Both the position numbers and the translations under genes were made by a program. The notes under the pieces are model-generated. The model saw nothing but the letters and a program-made list of their open reading frames with translations. It had not been told where the DNA came from and made no database searches. This document shows, one piece after another, positions 1 through 13,789 of a stretch of DNA of 64,000 nt. This DNA comes from Mobula hypostoma (Eukaryota). The stretch spans positions 6,326,001 to 6,390,000 of the forward strand of contig NC_086101.1 in the NCBI RefSeq assembly GCF_963921235.1, in the 5' to 3' direction. Numbering within the stretch: position 1 is the stretch's first letter; every line of letters begins with the position of its first letter.

Positions 1-1572
1 CCTTCCTCTGCTGTGGGAGATTTCAAGATTTCAGTAATTATCTTGGTAGTGGTGTACATCCCACCACAGGCCAGTGTAAAACAGGCTCTGTGTGAACTAA
101 GCAATGTGGATGACAGTGTGCCTGTAAAAACTTACTGTACATTCTCAAACTAACAGCCACGGATGACCCAGGAGGTTCATAGTCTGTGGCATTCAAGTCT
201 GCTGACCTAAGTCTGTACAAGACAACCAGGACCTGAGAAGGTTATTTCAAGAGCTAAGGAACAAATCCGAACAAGGCTGGAGGCAAAATTGGATGCATAT
301 CAACTCTGGCAATGTTTGCAAGCCATTGCTTCCTACAAAGTGAAACCTAACACCATGAACAGCAGTGATGGTCACTCCCAGGTGAGCTCAACACCTTTTA
401 TTTGCTTTGAAAGGGAGAATAAAACGGCAGTCAGGATCCCTACAGCACCCGGTGACTACGTGATCTCTGTCTGAGGCTGGCATCAGGCTGTCTGTCAGGA
501 GTGAGAATCCTTGCAAGTTGACAGGGCTCGATGGAGTACCTGGTACGGCTCTGAGAACCTGTGCCAACTAACTGGTGGCTCTTCAAAAACATTATTGACT
601 ACAGCTCAGCAATTAACACAATCATTCTACAGTTCTGATAAAAAAAAAGTTTCAAAATCTGGGGCTCTGTACCTTTCTCTGCCACTGGATCCTCGACTTT
701 CCCACCAGAAGACTACAGCCTGTATGAATCAGAAATAACATCTCCACCTTTCCGGTAATCAACACTGGTGGACCTCAGGGATGTGTGCTTAGCCCACTGC
801 TCTACTCTCTCTCCACCCATGACTGTGTGGCTGGACACAGCTCAAATGTCATCTGTAAATTTGCTGATGACACAACTATTTTGGCACTACTTGTGATGAA
901 CCAATCCTCACAGAGGGATCAGAAGTGGAAATAATGAGCAATTTCAAGTTCTTGGGTGTCAACATCTCTGAAGATCTATCCTGGGCCCAACATATCCCTA
1001 CAGCTACAAAGAAGGCACATCATCGGCTATACTTCATTTGGAGATGCAGGACATTTGGTATGATACCAACGACACCAGTAAATTTCTATAGATGGACCAA
1101 GGAGAGCATTCTAACTGGCTGCATCACCATCTGCTATGGGGGTGGGACACCGCATAGCATCAAAATAAGCTGCAGAAAGTTGTAAACTTATCAGCTTCAT
1201 CACGGGCACTCGGCTCCCCAGCATCCAGGACCCTCAAGAAACGCTGCCTGAAAAAGGGGGCATCCATCACTCACGACCCCCAACACCCAGGACAGGCCCA
1301 CTTTTCCTTGGTACCATCAGGGTTGAGGTACAGGAGCCTGAAGACACACACTCAACAATTCAAGAATTGCTTCTTCCTCTCTGTCATCAGATTTCTGAAT
1401 GGGTATCAAACCCAATAACACTACCTCACTACTTTCTTTTTCTCAATACTTATTGAATTTAACTTTATATATTTATATACTTCTCACTGTAATTCAGATT
1501 TTATCATGTACTGCAATGTTGAGTGCATATCAACAAATTTCACGACATAAGCAGGTGGTATCAAACCTGATT
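1..1572 (+). mobile_element. Decayed Rex1/Babar-type LINE fragments (RT and C-terminal region, 3' UTR)
   Basis: Fragments such as ICKFADDTTI and FKFLGVNISEDLSW, followed by an AT-rich tail typical of Rex1; many frameshifts. Confidence 0.75.
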
Positions 1573-1574
1573 TT

Positions 1575-1925
1575 CATCCAATTTATTGCCTCATCCTGAA
1601 TGCAAAACAATCCAGCCTTTTTGACCAACCTCCAATTCAAGACCTTGCAAAAGTTCATGTAGACAACATTGACTGCCTTACCTTCATTAATTTTCTTTGT
1701 ACATTTGCGAAAAAAAAATGCCACAAGATTGATTAGACATGACTTACCACGCACAAAGCCATGCTAACTATCCCTAATCAGTCCGTCTTCCAAATACTTG
1801 CATATCCAGTCCATTAGAATACCTCTCCAGTAACTTTCCCACTACTGATGTCAGAATCACAGGCCTATATTTTCCTCATTTACTTCCAGAGCATTCCTAA
1901 ACAACAGAACAGCATTTGCTATCTC
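1575..1925 (-). mobile_element. Old CR1 LINE RT fragment
   Basis: RGKSCLINL...GKAVNVVYMNFCK resembles the CR1 motif GKSCLTNL...VDVVYLDFSK. Confidence 0.7.
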
Positions 1926-1929
1926 CACA

Positions 1930-2425
1930 ATAGGACTATGGTGGAAGCGATCACATTGTCTCTCCATGCGGCGTGAATCACCTGGAAAATGCAAATACTT
2001 ATGTCAGGATGCTGGATATTGAATACAGCTCCATGTTTCACACCATCATTCCTACAGTTCTGATCAAAAAGCTCCAGAAACTGGGCCTCTTCTCTCCCTC
2101 TGCAATTGGATCCTCAACTTCCAAACTAGAAGACCACAATCAGTGTGGAATGTAAACAACTTCACCTCGCTGACAATCAACACTGGTGCACCTCAGGGAT
2201 GCGTGCTTTGCCCTCTGTTCTACAGACTCTACACCACTGACTGTGGCTAGGCAGAGCTCAAATGCCATCTATAAATTTGCAGCTAATACAACCATTGCTG
2301 GCAGAATTTCAGACGGTGATGACAGGGCGTACAGGAGTGAGATATACCAGCTCATCGAGTGGTATTGCAGTCACAAACTTGCACTCAACGTCAGTAAAAC
2401 CGAAGAACCGAATGTGGACTTTTTT
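1930..2425 (+). mobile_element. Rex1/Babar LINE, 5' part (split by a CR1 insertion; continues at 6413)
   Basis: [23 protein letters not shown] and IYKFA.NTTI motifs; ends gtggact and resumes cttcagaaaggg at 6413. Confidence 0.8.
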
Positions 2426-5400
2426 TTAAGAATAGTACAGCACAGTACAGGCCCTTCGGCCCGCAATGTTGTGCCGACCCTTAAACCCTGCCTCCCATAT
2501 AAGCCTCCACCTTAAATTCTTCCATATACCTGTCCAGTAGTCTCTTAAACTTCACTAGTGTATCTGCCTTCACCACCGACTCAGGCAGTGCATTCCACGC
2601 ACCAACCACTCTCTGAATAAAAAACCTTCCTGTAATATCCCCCTTGAACTTCTCACCCCTTACCTTAAAGCCATGTCCTCTTGTATTGAGCAGTGGTGCC
2701 CTGGGGAAGAGGCACTGGCTATCCACTCTATATATTCCTCTTATTATCTTGTACACCTCTATCATGTCTCTTCTCATCCTCCTTCTCTCCAAAGAGTAAA
2801 GCCCTAGCTCCCTTAATCTCCGATCATAATACTCTCCAAACCAGGCAGCATCCTGGTAAATCTCCTCTGTACCCTTTCCAATGCTTCCACATCCTTCCTA
2901 TAGTGAGGTGACCAGAACTGGACACAGTACTCCAAGTGTGGCCTAACCAGAGTTTTATAGAGCTGCATCATTAGATCGCGACTCTTAAACTCCAACCCTC
3001 GACTTATGAAAGCTAACACCCCATAAGCTTTCTTAACTACTCCATCCAGCTGTGAGGCAGCTTTCAGGGATCTGTGGACATGTACCCCCAGAGCCCTCTG
3101 CTCCTCCACACTACCAAGTATCCTGCCATTTACTTTGTACTCTGCCTTGGAGTTTGTCCTTCCAAAGTGTACCACCTCACACTTCTCTGGGTTGTACTCC
3201 ATCTGCCACATCTCAGCCCACTTCTGCATCCTATCAATATCTCTCTGCAACCATCGACAATCCTCTACATTATCTACAACACCACCAACCTTTATGTCAT
3301 CTGCAAACTTGCCAACCCACCCTTCTACCCCCACATCCAGGTCATTGATAAAAACCACAAAACAGGTCCCAGAACAGATCCTTGTGGGATACCACTAGTC
3401 ACAATCCTCCAATCTGAATGTACTCCCTCCACAATGACCCTCTGCCTTCTGCAGGGAAGCCAATTCTGAATCCACCTGGCCAAACGTCCCGGGTCCCATG
3501 CCTTCTGACTTTCTGAATAAGCCTACTGTGTGGAACCTTGTCAAATGCCTTACTAAAATCCATATAGGTCACATCCACTGCACTACCCTCATCTATATGC
3601 CTGGTCACCTCCTCAAAGAACTCTATCAGGCTTGTTAGACACGATCTGCCCTTCACAAAGCCATGCTGACTGTCCCTGATCAGACCATGATTCTCTAAAT
3701 GCCCAGAGATCCTAACTCTAAGAATCTTTTCCAACAGCTTTCCCACCACAGACGTAAGGCTCACCGGTCTATAATTAACTGGACTATCCCTACTACCTTT
3801 TTAGAACAAGGGGACAACATTCGCTTCCCTCCAATCCTCCGGTACCATTCTGGTGGACAATGAGAACATAAAGATCCTAGCCAGAGGCTCAGCAATCTCT
3901 TCCCTCGCCTCGTGGAGCAGCCTGGGGAATATTCCATCAGGCCCCGGGGACTTATCCATCCTAATGTATTTTAGCAACTCCAACACCTCCTCTCCCTTAA
4001 TATCAACATGCTCCAGAACATCAATCTCACTCATATTGTCCTCACCATCATCAAGTTCCTTCTCATTGGTGAATACCCAAGAGAAGTATTCATTGAGGAC
4101 CTCGCTCATTTCCACAGCCTCCAGGCACATCTTCCCACCTTTATCTCTAATCGGTCCTACCTTCACTCCTGCCATCCATTTTTTCTTCACATAATTGAAG
4201 AATGCCTGGTGGTTTTCCTTTACCCTACTCGCCAAGGCCTTCTCATGCCCCCTTCTTGCTCTTTTCAGCCCCTTCTTAAGCTCCTTTCTTGCTTCCCTGT
4301 ATTCCTCAATAGACCCATCTGATCCTTGCTTCCTAAACCTCACGTATGCTGCCGCCTTCCACCTGACTAGATTTTCCACCTCACTTGTCACCCATGGTTC
4401 CTTCACCCTACCATTCTTTATCTTCCTCACGGGACAAATTTATCCCTAACATCCTGCAAGAGATCTCTAAACATCGACCACATGTCCATAGTACATTTCC
4501 CTGCAAAAAAATCATCCCAATTCACACACGCAAGTTCTAGCCTTATAGCCTCATAATTTGTCCTTCCCCAATTAAAAATTTTCCTGTCTTCTCTGATTCT
4601 ATCCTTTTCCATGATAATGCTAAAGTCCAGGGAGCAGTGGTCACTCTCGCCCAGATGCTCCCCCACTGAGAGATCTGTGACCTGACCCGTTTCATTACCT
4701 AGTACTAGATCTAGTATGGCATTCCCCCTATTCGGGCTGTCCACATACGGTGACAGGAATCCGTCCTGGATACACTTAACAAACTCTGCCCCATCTAAAC
4801 CCTTGGAACTAATCAGGTGCCAATCAATATTAGGGAAGTGAAAGTCACCCATGATAACAACTCTGTTATTTTTGCACCTTTCCTAAATCTGCCACCCAAT
4901 CCGCTCCTCTGTATCTCTGATGATACCAGGGGGCCTATAGAATACTCCCAATAGAGTAACTGCTCCCTTCCTGTTCCTGACTTCCACCCATACTGACTCA
5001 AAAGAGGATCCTGCTACATTACCCACCCTTTCTGTAGCTGTAATGGTATCCTTGACCAGTAATGCCACCCCTCCTCCCCTTTTTCTGCCCTCTCTATCCC
5101 TTTTAAAGCACTGAAATCCAGGAATATTGAGAATCCATTCCTGCCCTGGTGCCAGCCAAGTCTCTGTAATGGCCAGTACATCATAATTCCATGTATGTAT
5201 CCAAGCTCTCAGTTCATCACCTTTGTTCCTGATGCTTCTTGCATTGAGGTACACACACTTCAGCCCTTCTACCTTACTACCTTTACACCCTTTATTCTGC
5301 TTCTCTTTCCTCAAAGCCTCTCGATATGTTATATCTGGCTTTACTCCATGCACTTCTTTCACTGCTCTATCACTGTGGGTCCCATCCCCTTTGCAAATTA

Positions 5401-6412
5401 GTTTAAACCCTCCCGAACCATGCTAGCAAACCTACCTGCAAGGATATTGCTCCCCCTCGAGTTCAGGTGCAACCCATCCAATCTGTACAAGTCCCACCTT
5501 CCCCAGAAGAGATCCCAATGATCTAAAAATCTAAAACCCTGCTCCCTGCACCAACTCCTCAGCCACGCATTCAACTGACATCTCCTCCAATTCTTACCAT
5601 CTCTGTCACGTAGCACTGGCAGCAATCCTGAGAACGCTACCCTTGAGGTCCTGTTCTTCAGCCTTCTGCCTAGTTCCCGAAACTCACACTTCAGGACCTC
5701 ATCCCTCTTCCTGCCTATGTCGTTGGTCCCAACATGTATCACGACTTCTGGTTGCTTTCCCTCTCGTACCAGGATGTCGTGCACCCGGTCAGAGACATCC
5801 CGGACCCTGGCACCCGGGAGGCAACAAACCATGCGGGTGTCCTTCTCACGTCCACAAAATCTCTTCTGCATCACCGGGTGGGACTCAGTGCCGGAGGTCC
5901 TGCCACAGTGGCTCACACCTGGTCGATCATCCCCACCAACAGTATCCAGGATGGTAAACTTATTATTCAGGGGAATGGCTACAGGGGTGCTCTGCACTAC
6001 CTGTCTGCTCACCTTCGCTTTCCCACCCTCTGATTGTCACCCAACTATCTGCTTCCGACAGCCTAGGTATGACTACCTCCCTGTAGCTCTCATCTATGAC
6101 TGCCTCATTCTCCCTTATGAGTCGAAGGTCATCCAGCTGCTGCTCCAGGTTCCTTACATGGTCTTCCAGATCGCCCAGCCGTATGCACTTCTGGCAGATG
6201 TGACTCTGCGGGAGAGGGGAGTTCCACCAAGACTGCCACATCTCACATGAGAGGCACATCACCGTCTCAGGAGGCATTGTAAAGACTAACTGCGAGCAAG
6301 CTTGTCCTCCGCCTCTTCTCGTCAAAGCCTCAAAGCTCCACTCCTTCACTGGCCCACTCACTCACTGGCCACTTTCCACAGGCTGCTTCGCTTGAGTTAT
6401 CCCTCTATTTAT
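2426..6412 (-). mobile_element. Near full-length but disrupted CR1 LINE: ORF1 (Zn finger/coiled coil + SGNH esterase) and ORF2 (APE + RT)
   Basis: ORF1 [74 protein letters not shown]1 3' tail at ~2430; several frameshifts and stops. Confidence 0.95.
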
Positions 6413-6985
6413 CTTCAGAAAGGGTAGGACGAGGGAACACCAACTGATCCTCATAGAGGGATCAGAAGTGGAGACAGTGAGCAATTACAAGTTCCTGTTT
6501 GTCAATATCTCTGAGGATCAGCCTGGATCCAATGTATCGATGCAGCTACGAAGGCGGCACTGCAGCGGTTATATTTCATTAGGAGTTTGAGAAGAGTTGG
6601 TACGTCACCAAACACACTTGAAAATTTCTGCATGTGTATTGTGGAGAGCATTCACACTGCCTGCATCACTGGCTACTATAGTGGGGTGGAGGCTACTGCA
6701 AAAGATCGAAGTAAGCTGCAGAGGGTTATAAACTCCATCACCCAGGTCATGCCTTGTTCTCATTGTTACCATCAGGAAGGAGGGACAGAAACTCAGCAAT
6801 TAAGCAACAGCTTCTTCCCCTCAGCCAAACGATTTCTGAATGAACATTGAATTCATGAACACTCGCTCACTACTTTTTATTTCCAGTTTTGCACTAATTA
6901 TTTAATTTCACTATTTAATGTACATACTTACCAGAATTTGGTTATTTCACGACTTCTGCTGGTTATATTAAACCTCATTCTGATC
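6413..6985 (+). mobile_element. Rex1/Babar LINE, 3' part
   Basis: Continues 1930-2425; RLYFIRSLRR and VESI.T.CIT motifs, then 3' UTR. Confidence 0.75.
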
Positions 6986-7281
6986 CATATTCAACATGTC
7001 CCACCTCCCTGAGGTTCAGCTTGACTTCCTCCCTCCAGTCAGCACCCCCACCACTTGTCCCCCTTCTGCCGGCTCAGTCCCGGTGGACTGCAGGAGCCGG
7101 GGAGCTCAGGACCCGCCGCCCGCGGCTGCTGCTGAATCCGCAGTGTTTCTGTTCCGTTGACGGATGCGGTGAACGACTTAAAATTAACGGATCAATAATT
7201 CTCACATCGTGTTTAATTCACTCTCGGCACATTTATATTTACACTGACTTACTCCTGACGCCGGTCCCGGACCCGACCCGT

Positions 7282-7814
7282 TTACAGACCCGGAGCGGAA
7301 CCGGCGCAGATTCTCAACCACTGGTTTTTATTCCCAATCCAGAAGAAAGGATGAAGCTTCTCCATGAATTTATTCCCAGTGAAGGTGTGGAGATGGGACT
7401 TGGTCTCCGCGTTGTAAAATGAAACTGTCCCGGAGTCGTAACTGAGATAAACTCCCACCCTCCCGGGGATGGGATCGGCAGGGAGATGAGTTTCAGGGAA
7501 GGTGTGAACCCACATCTCGTCATCACGCCGCCCGATTCTCCAGAATCCGGTCTCCGGACTCAGTGTGACCCCTCCCTTCCTCTTCACAGACTCTGCGGTG
7601 ACTCCCAGACTCCACCACCGATTCCCCGTCACCTCCACCTCCCAGTAATGTCTCCCCGATGTGAATCCCTCCGATCCCAGCACACAACGCCGGTCTGTGA
7701 ACCTCTTCCCGGTGTCAGGAAGATTCCTTCGGGTTCCGGTCAGTCTTACACTCTTCCGATCCCCAGACACCTCGAGCAGCGGATGCGCCGTTTCCACATC
7801 CAGGGTGACAGAGA
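7282..7814 (-). CDS. TRIM-A exon 6: B30.2/PRY-SPRY domain, open frame to TAA
   Basis: Acceptor ttctccccccag; [40 protein letters not shown]; 533 nt, phase 1. Confidence 0.9.
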
Positions 7815-8329
7815 CTGGGGGGAGAAGCAGAGAATTAGAGAGTCCCCGGGGATCGGGGGAGACTCGGGCTTCGCTGCCCCGGGACCGGGGGAGAGGCCGT
7901 TGGGCCTCAGCCGCAGTTGGGAGGCCGACAGAAACTGTTCTTAACATTTTACTGAACTACAGCGGATGGACAACCAGTATATGCCCAAGACTTTACTCGG
8001 GACAGAGAGCGGAGTTTTCCCAATCAACACACAGAAAATTCTGAGTGGGTCTAGCAGCGAGTGTGGAGGGAAGTGGCCAGGCCACTTTTCAATTCCAGAT
8101 CTTTCCTCAAGAATGGAAGGAAAGAGGGGAGATGACCAGTAGAAACCGGTGTGGGTAGGTGCTGGAACAACAACTGGATCCAGATGGGGATGGGGCAAGT
8201 GAATACTGGAGGGGTTTAAACAGGAAGTCAGAGGGCCTCTTCGGCCCAACACGTTTGTGCCAACCAACTTGCTTTAATGAGCTAGTCCCATTTGCTTGGC
8301 ATCATACTGGTTTGTGCAAGGTCATTACA

Positions 8330-8520
8330 ACTTGCATCCACTCTTGCAGTTTGGAGTTAAATTCCGGTGCTGTCTGGAAGGAGTTTTCTACGTCCCCCAC
8401 CCCCGTGACTGCGTGGATTTCCCCCAGATGCTCTGGTTTGCTCCAAAGGTGTACCAGTTACTAGGTTAATTGATTATTGTAAATTGTCTTGTGATTAGGC
8501 TAATGATAAATACTTGAGTT
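8330..8520 (+). mobile_element. Decayed tRNA-derived (V-domain-like) SINE
   Basis: B-box-like gagttaaattcc and core cccgtgactgcgtggatttccccc..gatgctctggttt. Confidence 0.5.
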
Positions 8521-9160
8521 GCTCTACCCACCCCAACAGCTTCTTCTGGCAACCTCTTCAGTTCCAGAGAGAAAGTCCCAGCCTGTCCAGCCTCTCCTTA
8601 TAAACCAAGCTCTCCAGCCTCCGTAACATCCTTGTAAATCTGTTTACACCCTCTCTAGGTGAGTTACATCCCTCTTATAGCAAGGTGACCAGAACTGTAC
8701 ACACTGCTCCAAATGTGGCCGGACCAACGTCTTGTACACACGGAACAGGAAGTCCCAGCTCCTGTACTCAGTATTCTGACCGATAAAGGTAAGCACTATA
8801 AACTGTGTCACGGTTTTGAAGGAACTATGTACCTGTGCCACTTGGTCTCTCCATTGGACAACATTCTCCAGAGTGGTACAATTGCTGTGTAAGTCCTGTC
8901 CTGGTTTGTTTTCAAAAAATACAACACCCTACATTTCCCTGAATTGAACTCCACCTGCCATTCCTCAACCCACTGGCCCAGTTGATCAAGGGCCTGTTGT
9001 AAACATGGATAACCCTCTTCACTGTCCACTATACCATGAATTTTAGTGTCATCCATAAACCTACTAACAATGTCACCTACATTCTCATCCAAATTATTAA
9101 AATGAATAACAAACAACTACGGACCCAGCAGCGACCCCTGCAGGTCACAGGCCTCCAGTC
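8520..9160 (-). mobile_element. Old CR1 RT fragment shared by all three TRIM paralogs
   Basis: YKTLVRPHLEQCVQFWSP and FMDDTKI; homologous copies at 30660-31090 and ~48540-48985. Confidence 0.8.
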
Positions 9161-10526
9161 CACTGTGTTTAAGATTCACTTGGACGGTCATTTCAATGGA
9201 CAAGGCACAGAAGGAGTGTCACCTAATACCAGCCAATGGGATGAGTGTAGATGGGTAAATAGGTCAGCACACAGGTGATAGGTTGAAAGGCCCATTTCTG
9301 TACTGTACAAAGATGATTCTGTGACTTTGAATGAACTGAATGACTGGGACCCCACAGCCCTCCGGTGTGAAGAATTCCAAAGATACACCATCCTCTCAAG
9401 GGTATAACCACCCTGAGGTAGTGACCACTGACCCTCGACGCCTCAGACAGGGGTAACATCCTCCCTGCATCCTGTCTGTTGAGACTGGGAAGAGTTTTGT
9501 GTCTCCCGGAGATCTCCTCTCATTCTTCTACACTGGGAACAGAGAACATAGAACAGTACAGCACAGGAACAGACACTTCATTCAATGTGACAGTGACTGA
9601 TCGATTCCGGCATCAACTCCTCTTCTATGTCAGATCCCCAAAACCTCCATCCCTCGATCTTTCAAAAATTTCTCTCCCTTCACCTCAACTATATCCAATA
9701 ATCAGGCATCACACAAACTGCTGGAGGAAGTCAGTGGGTCGAGCAGTATCTGTCGGGGAGAGGGACTGTCGACGTTTCATGTCAAAACCCTACATCAGGA
9801 CTGAGAGTGGAGATGGGAGATGGCCGGTATACAGAGGAGAAGGCGAGTGATGAGACAGGAGTGACTGTGGACTGAGGAGTGGTAAAAAATGGTGGGCAGG
9901 TTACACCGGGTCGGGGAAGGGTCGGGGAGTCTGGTCTCCAGTTGGGGGACACCGGGAGGTGAATGACAGATGGCGATTGACACAGAGAAACAAGTGAGAG
10001 GACGATGGAGCGAGGTTGCAGGATTGAGTGATGGAGAGCGTGAGAAAGTGAAAAACAGGAATCCAAAGGCTGCCTTGTTTTGTAATCTTCTCAGTAACGG
10101 AGGTGATAATGGGAACCATTCGGGGAGAGATGAATGGCAGATGGAACAGAACCGGATGGGAGAGGGGTGGAAAGCCTGTGAGTGAACAGTCTTTCTAGCC
10201 AGGAGGAACTACAGGCTACAAATGAGTGAATTTGAATGAATCAAGGACAGTGGAAGCAGACAGACCGATTGTCTTTCCTGTTGCCATGAGGTGGAAGGAG
10301 ATAGAACCTGCCATAAAAATCTGTCCTCCATTTTGAGAACTCAAGTTGCTTTGCTTGATAAGTGTTTTGAAGTAGACTCAATGCTTCTGGTAAACTGCTG
10401 GGCCAAGGCTCGTTTTCAAATAAGAAGTTATTTCTGACATGTTCTTTGGTTGAAGGTTTGTGACTGCTGGAGTCTGTATCTGTTCTGCATGATTCGCGAT
10501 GGTTACTGAAGGGAACAAAGAGCCAT

Positions 10527-11415
10527 GGGATCACTCCCTACGTGACTCCCTTGTCTATTTGTCCCCCCCTCCATCTCTCCCCACTGATCTCCCTCCTGGC
10601 ACTTATCCTTGTAAGCGGAACAAGTGCTACACATGCCCTCACGGGGCCCCAGACAGTCCTTTCAGGTGAGGCGACACTTCACCTGTGTGTCGGCTGGGGT
10701 GATATACTGCATCTGGTGCTCCCAATGTGGCCTTCTATATATTGGCGAGACCCGACGCAGATTGGGAGACCACTTTGCTGAACACCTACGCTCTGTCTGC
10801 TAGAGAAAGCAGGATCTCCCAGTGGCCACACATTTTAATTCCACATCCCATTCCCATTCTGATATGTCTATCCACTGCCTCCTCTACTGTAAAGATGAAG
10901 CCACACTCAGGTTGGAGGAACAACACCTTATATTCCGTCTGGGTAGCCTCCAACCTGACGGCATGAACATTGATTTCTCTAACTTCCGCTAATGCCCCAC
11001 CTCCCCCTCATACCCCATCCGTTATTTATTTTTATACACACATTCTTTCTCTCACTCTCCTTTTTCTCCCTCTGTCTATACCCCTTGCCCATCCTCTGGT
11101 TCCCCACCCCCTTGTCTTTCTCCCTGGGCCTCCTGTTCCATGACCCTCTCATATCCCCTTTGCCAATCACCTGTCCAGCTCTTGGCTCCATCCCTCCCCC
11201 TCCTGTCTTCTCCTATCATTTTGCATCTCCCCCTCCCCCTCCAACTTTCAAATCTCTTACTAACTCTTCCTTCAGTTAGTCCTGACGAAGGGCCTCGGCC
11301 TGAAACATCGACTGTACCTCTTCCCAGAGATGCTGCCTGACCTGCTGCGTTCACCAGCATCTTCGATGTGTGTTGCTTGAATTTCCAGCATCTGCAGAAT
11401 TCCTGTTGTTTGTGT
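10527..11415 (+). mobile_element. 5'-truncated Penelope-like element (GIY-YIG part + terminal repeat) with 10-bp TSD
   Basis: VIYCIWCSQCGLLYIGET and [12 protein letters not shown]; direct repeat AAAGAGCCAT at 10517-10526 and 11416-11425. Confidence 0.9.
11278..11313 (+). ncRNA. Minimal type I hammerhead ribozyme of a Penelope element (helix III mutated)
   Basis: AGTC-CTGACGA-A-GGGC(ctcg)GCCT-GAAAC-ATC-GACT. Confidence 0.6.
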
Positions 11416-13789
11416 AAAGAGCCATAAATTACCAGTTGTCATTTGCTGGTGAGAGGGCAAAGAATGAATGAATGCTGGTTTGGAGTAGAACCAATACGAA
11501 TGTGTTAAAGGTCAGTCTTATGACTCACAGCCCATAACACTGAAATGCAACATTTGAATTGGTAAGAAGTGAGTACAAAAGCAGACGATTCAAGTGTGCT
11601 GGCTACATTGACTCTCTGAGAGTCACCATCATGGATCTGAAATGCCTCACCGATGTTGAGATTCAAAACGGGACTATGAGGAACACAGGGCCAGCAGAGA
11701 CTCTTTTTTACTGGGATTACCTTTTCTATTCTGTGACTGTTCATGGAGGATCTGGAAAACTCAGTAGGTGAGCACACAGGTAATCGGCTGTATAAATTCA
11801 TGTGTGCTTTCATGGAGACAATAAAGGTACTTGTTGGGAATTACAGATTCTTTCTGTGCCTTGCTGACCATTATTACTAAGGGGAAGATCCATGTAGCAG
11901 TGTGTATAGATGGAACTACAAGGTGGAGGGGATGAAGATGGGTGATGAGGATCTCTTGCCTATGATCCCACCCCCATAGTCCCTCATTAGAACACGGGAT
12001 GAATTTGCAGAGACCCTGGCAGACATATTTGCTTGACAATTCACCACAGGTGAGCTGCTGGAAGACTGGAGGGTGGCTCAGGTGGTGCCTCTGGTTAGGA
12101 AGGACCGGATGAGCAAGCTGGGGAACTCCAGGCCACTGAGCCTAATATCAGTAGTGATAAAGTTTCTGAAAGACAGGATTGACAGCACTTGGAAAGGCAA
12201 GGACAGTCAGCATGGCATTGAGCATGAAAAAACTCATGGCTCACAAATCTGATTAAGTATAACAGGAAACTGCATCAAAAATTTCACTCTAAATACAGTA
12301 CTGTGGCAATTTTTTGATGAGGAAATGTGAGATTGAAGAGGAGGATTCTAGGCCTACAGACAATTTTGATAAGCTGAAGGATGAGGAACTACAATCTTCT
12401 GAGTCATTTCACTGCACTAATGCAACAGGGACACAAAAAGGTCCGTCTTTGCAAGGAAAGCTACTTATCAGTTTGTTTTACACGGACTGGTGAGACATGG
12501 AGCCTAATCTGCAGCACAACCAGCAACTGTAGCAATGGCTCAAGCATAATTGAAAAGGCACTTAACTATAAATCAGTCACATGACACGTAAAAGAGTTGA
12601 TACTTTTAAACGGCTACTGGAATATCAAAAGAAACAGAGTAAAGCTTTTGTTAATAAAGTCACAATCAGAGAAAGGCTTCAGGACACAATTTTTTTAGTA
12701 GCAGAACTTATTACCCAGGAAAGGAAAAGTCACACAGTTGCTGAGAACCTAATAATGCCAGCATGTAAAACTATTGTGGGTAAAATGCTGGGACAAGATA
12801 CAGTACGAGAAATTGAAAATGTTTCACTCTCAAACAGTCAATGTTTGAAGACGTGTCACATGATACTGAAAAGGCTTTGTGTGATAAACTGAAAAACAAC
12901 AGCTTCTCTATGCAGGTTGATGAGTCAACAGATTTCACCAATAATTGTCATGTTGTAGCATTTGTAAGATTTGTAAATGATGGTGAAATTCAGGAATATT
13001 TTTTCTATTGCAAAGACCTGCCTGAAACAGGCAGAAGCCAAGATATATCTACAAACATTTGTACATGTTTTGTTTCATAGCTGAAAGCAAAAGGTCCATC
13101 TTGGAGGAACTGTGTAGACATCTCTGCTGATGGTGACCATCAATGGCTGGCTCCATGAAAAGTTTTGTTCCTCCTGTTAAAGAAAATCCTGATGTTGTCA
13201 CAACACAGTGCTCTCTTCGCAGAGGGGTGCTGATGTCAAAAACTCTTGGAGATGAAATGAAAAAAATTCTGGATGATGCGACGAAACTGGTTGACTTTAT
13301 TAAACAAAAACCAGTTCACTTGCAAATGTTTAAAAAACTGTGTGAAAACCTGGACAAAGTGCACATACAAAAATCTGGTGGCTCAGCAGAGGAAGAGTTC
13401 TCAACAGGGTATTTGAGCTAAAAGTTGAATTGCAGGAGTACTATCAATAAAATAGTAGGCCAGATTTTGCTGAGTGCTTTGAAGATGAAGAATAAGGCTG
13501 TAGAAACTAGTCTACTTAACAGACCTTTTTTATCATACGAACCAGTTGAACAAGTCTCCCCAAGGCCACAGAGAAAATGTTTTGACTTCAAGTGACAAGA
13601 TTCTTGGACTTTAAACAAAAGAGAATCTTTGGAAAAATCATATTGCAACAGGAAATATGAAATGTTTCCACTGCTACTTGGACTTGTGAGTGAGGAAGGA
13701 TATCAAAGAGTCTCGAGTGTTATAAAACAAAACCACCTCAAAGAATTGCAGAGCCAGTTATTTAACAGAAATGTATTATGTTTGCCTTA

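Noticed and set aside
7815..7947. N-terminal extensions of the B30.2 ORFs (also 29799-29892) as single-exon SPRY genes
   Set aside because: Non-ATG starts in intron sequence; a conserved polypyrimidine acceptor and matching exon 5 phase explain the exon
10187..10205. Left TIR of the hAT element (cagtctttctagcc)
   Set aside because: Only a partial match and no 8-bp TSD shared with the right end at 18034
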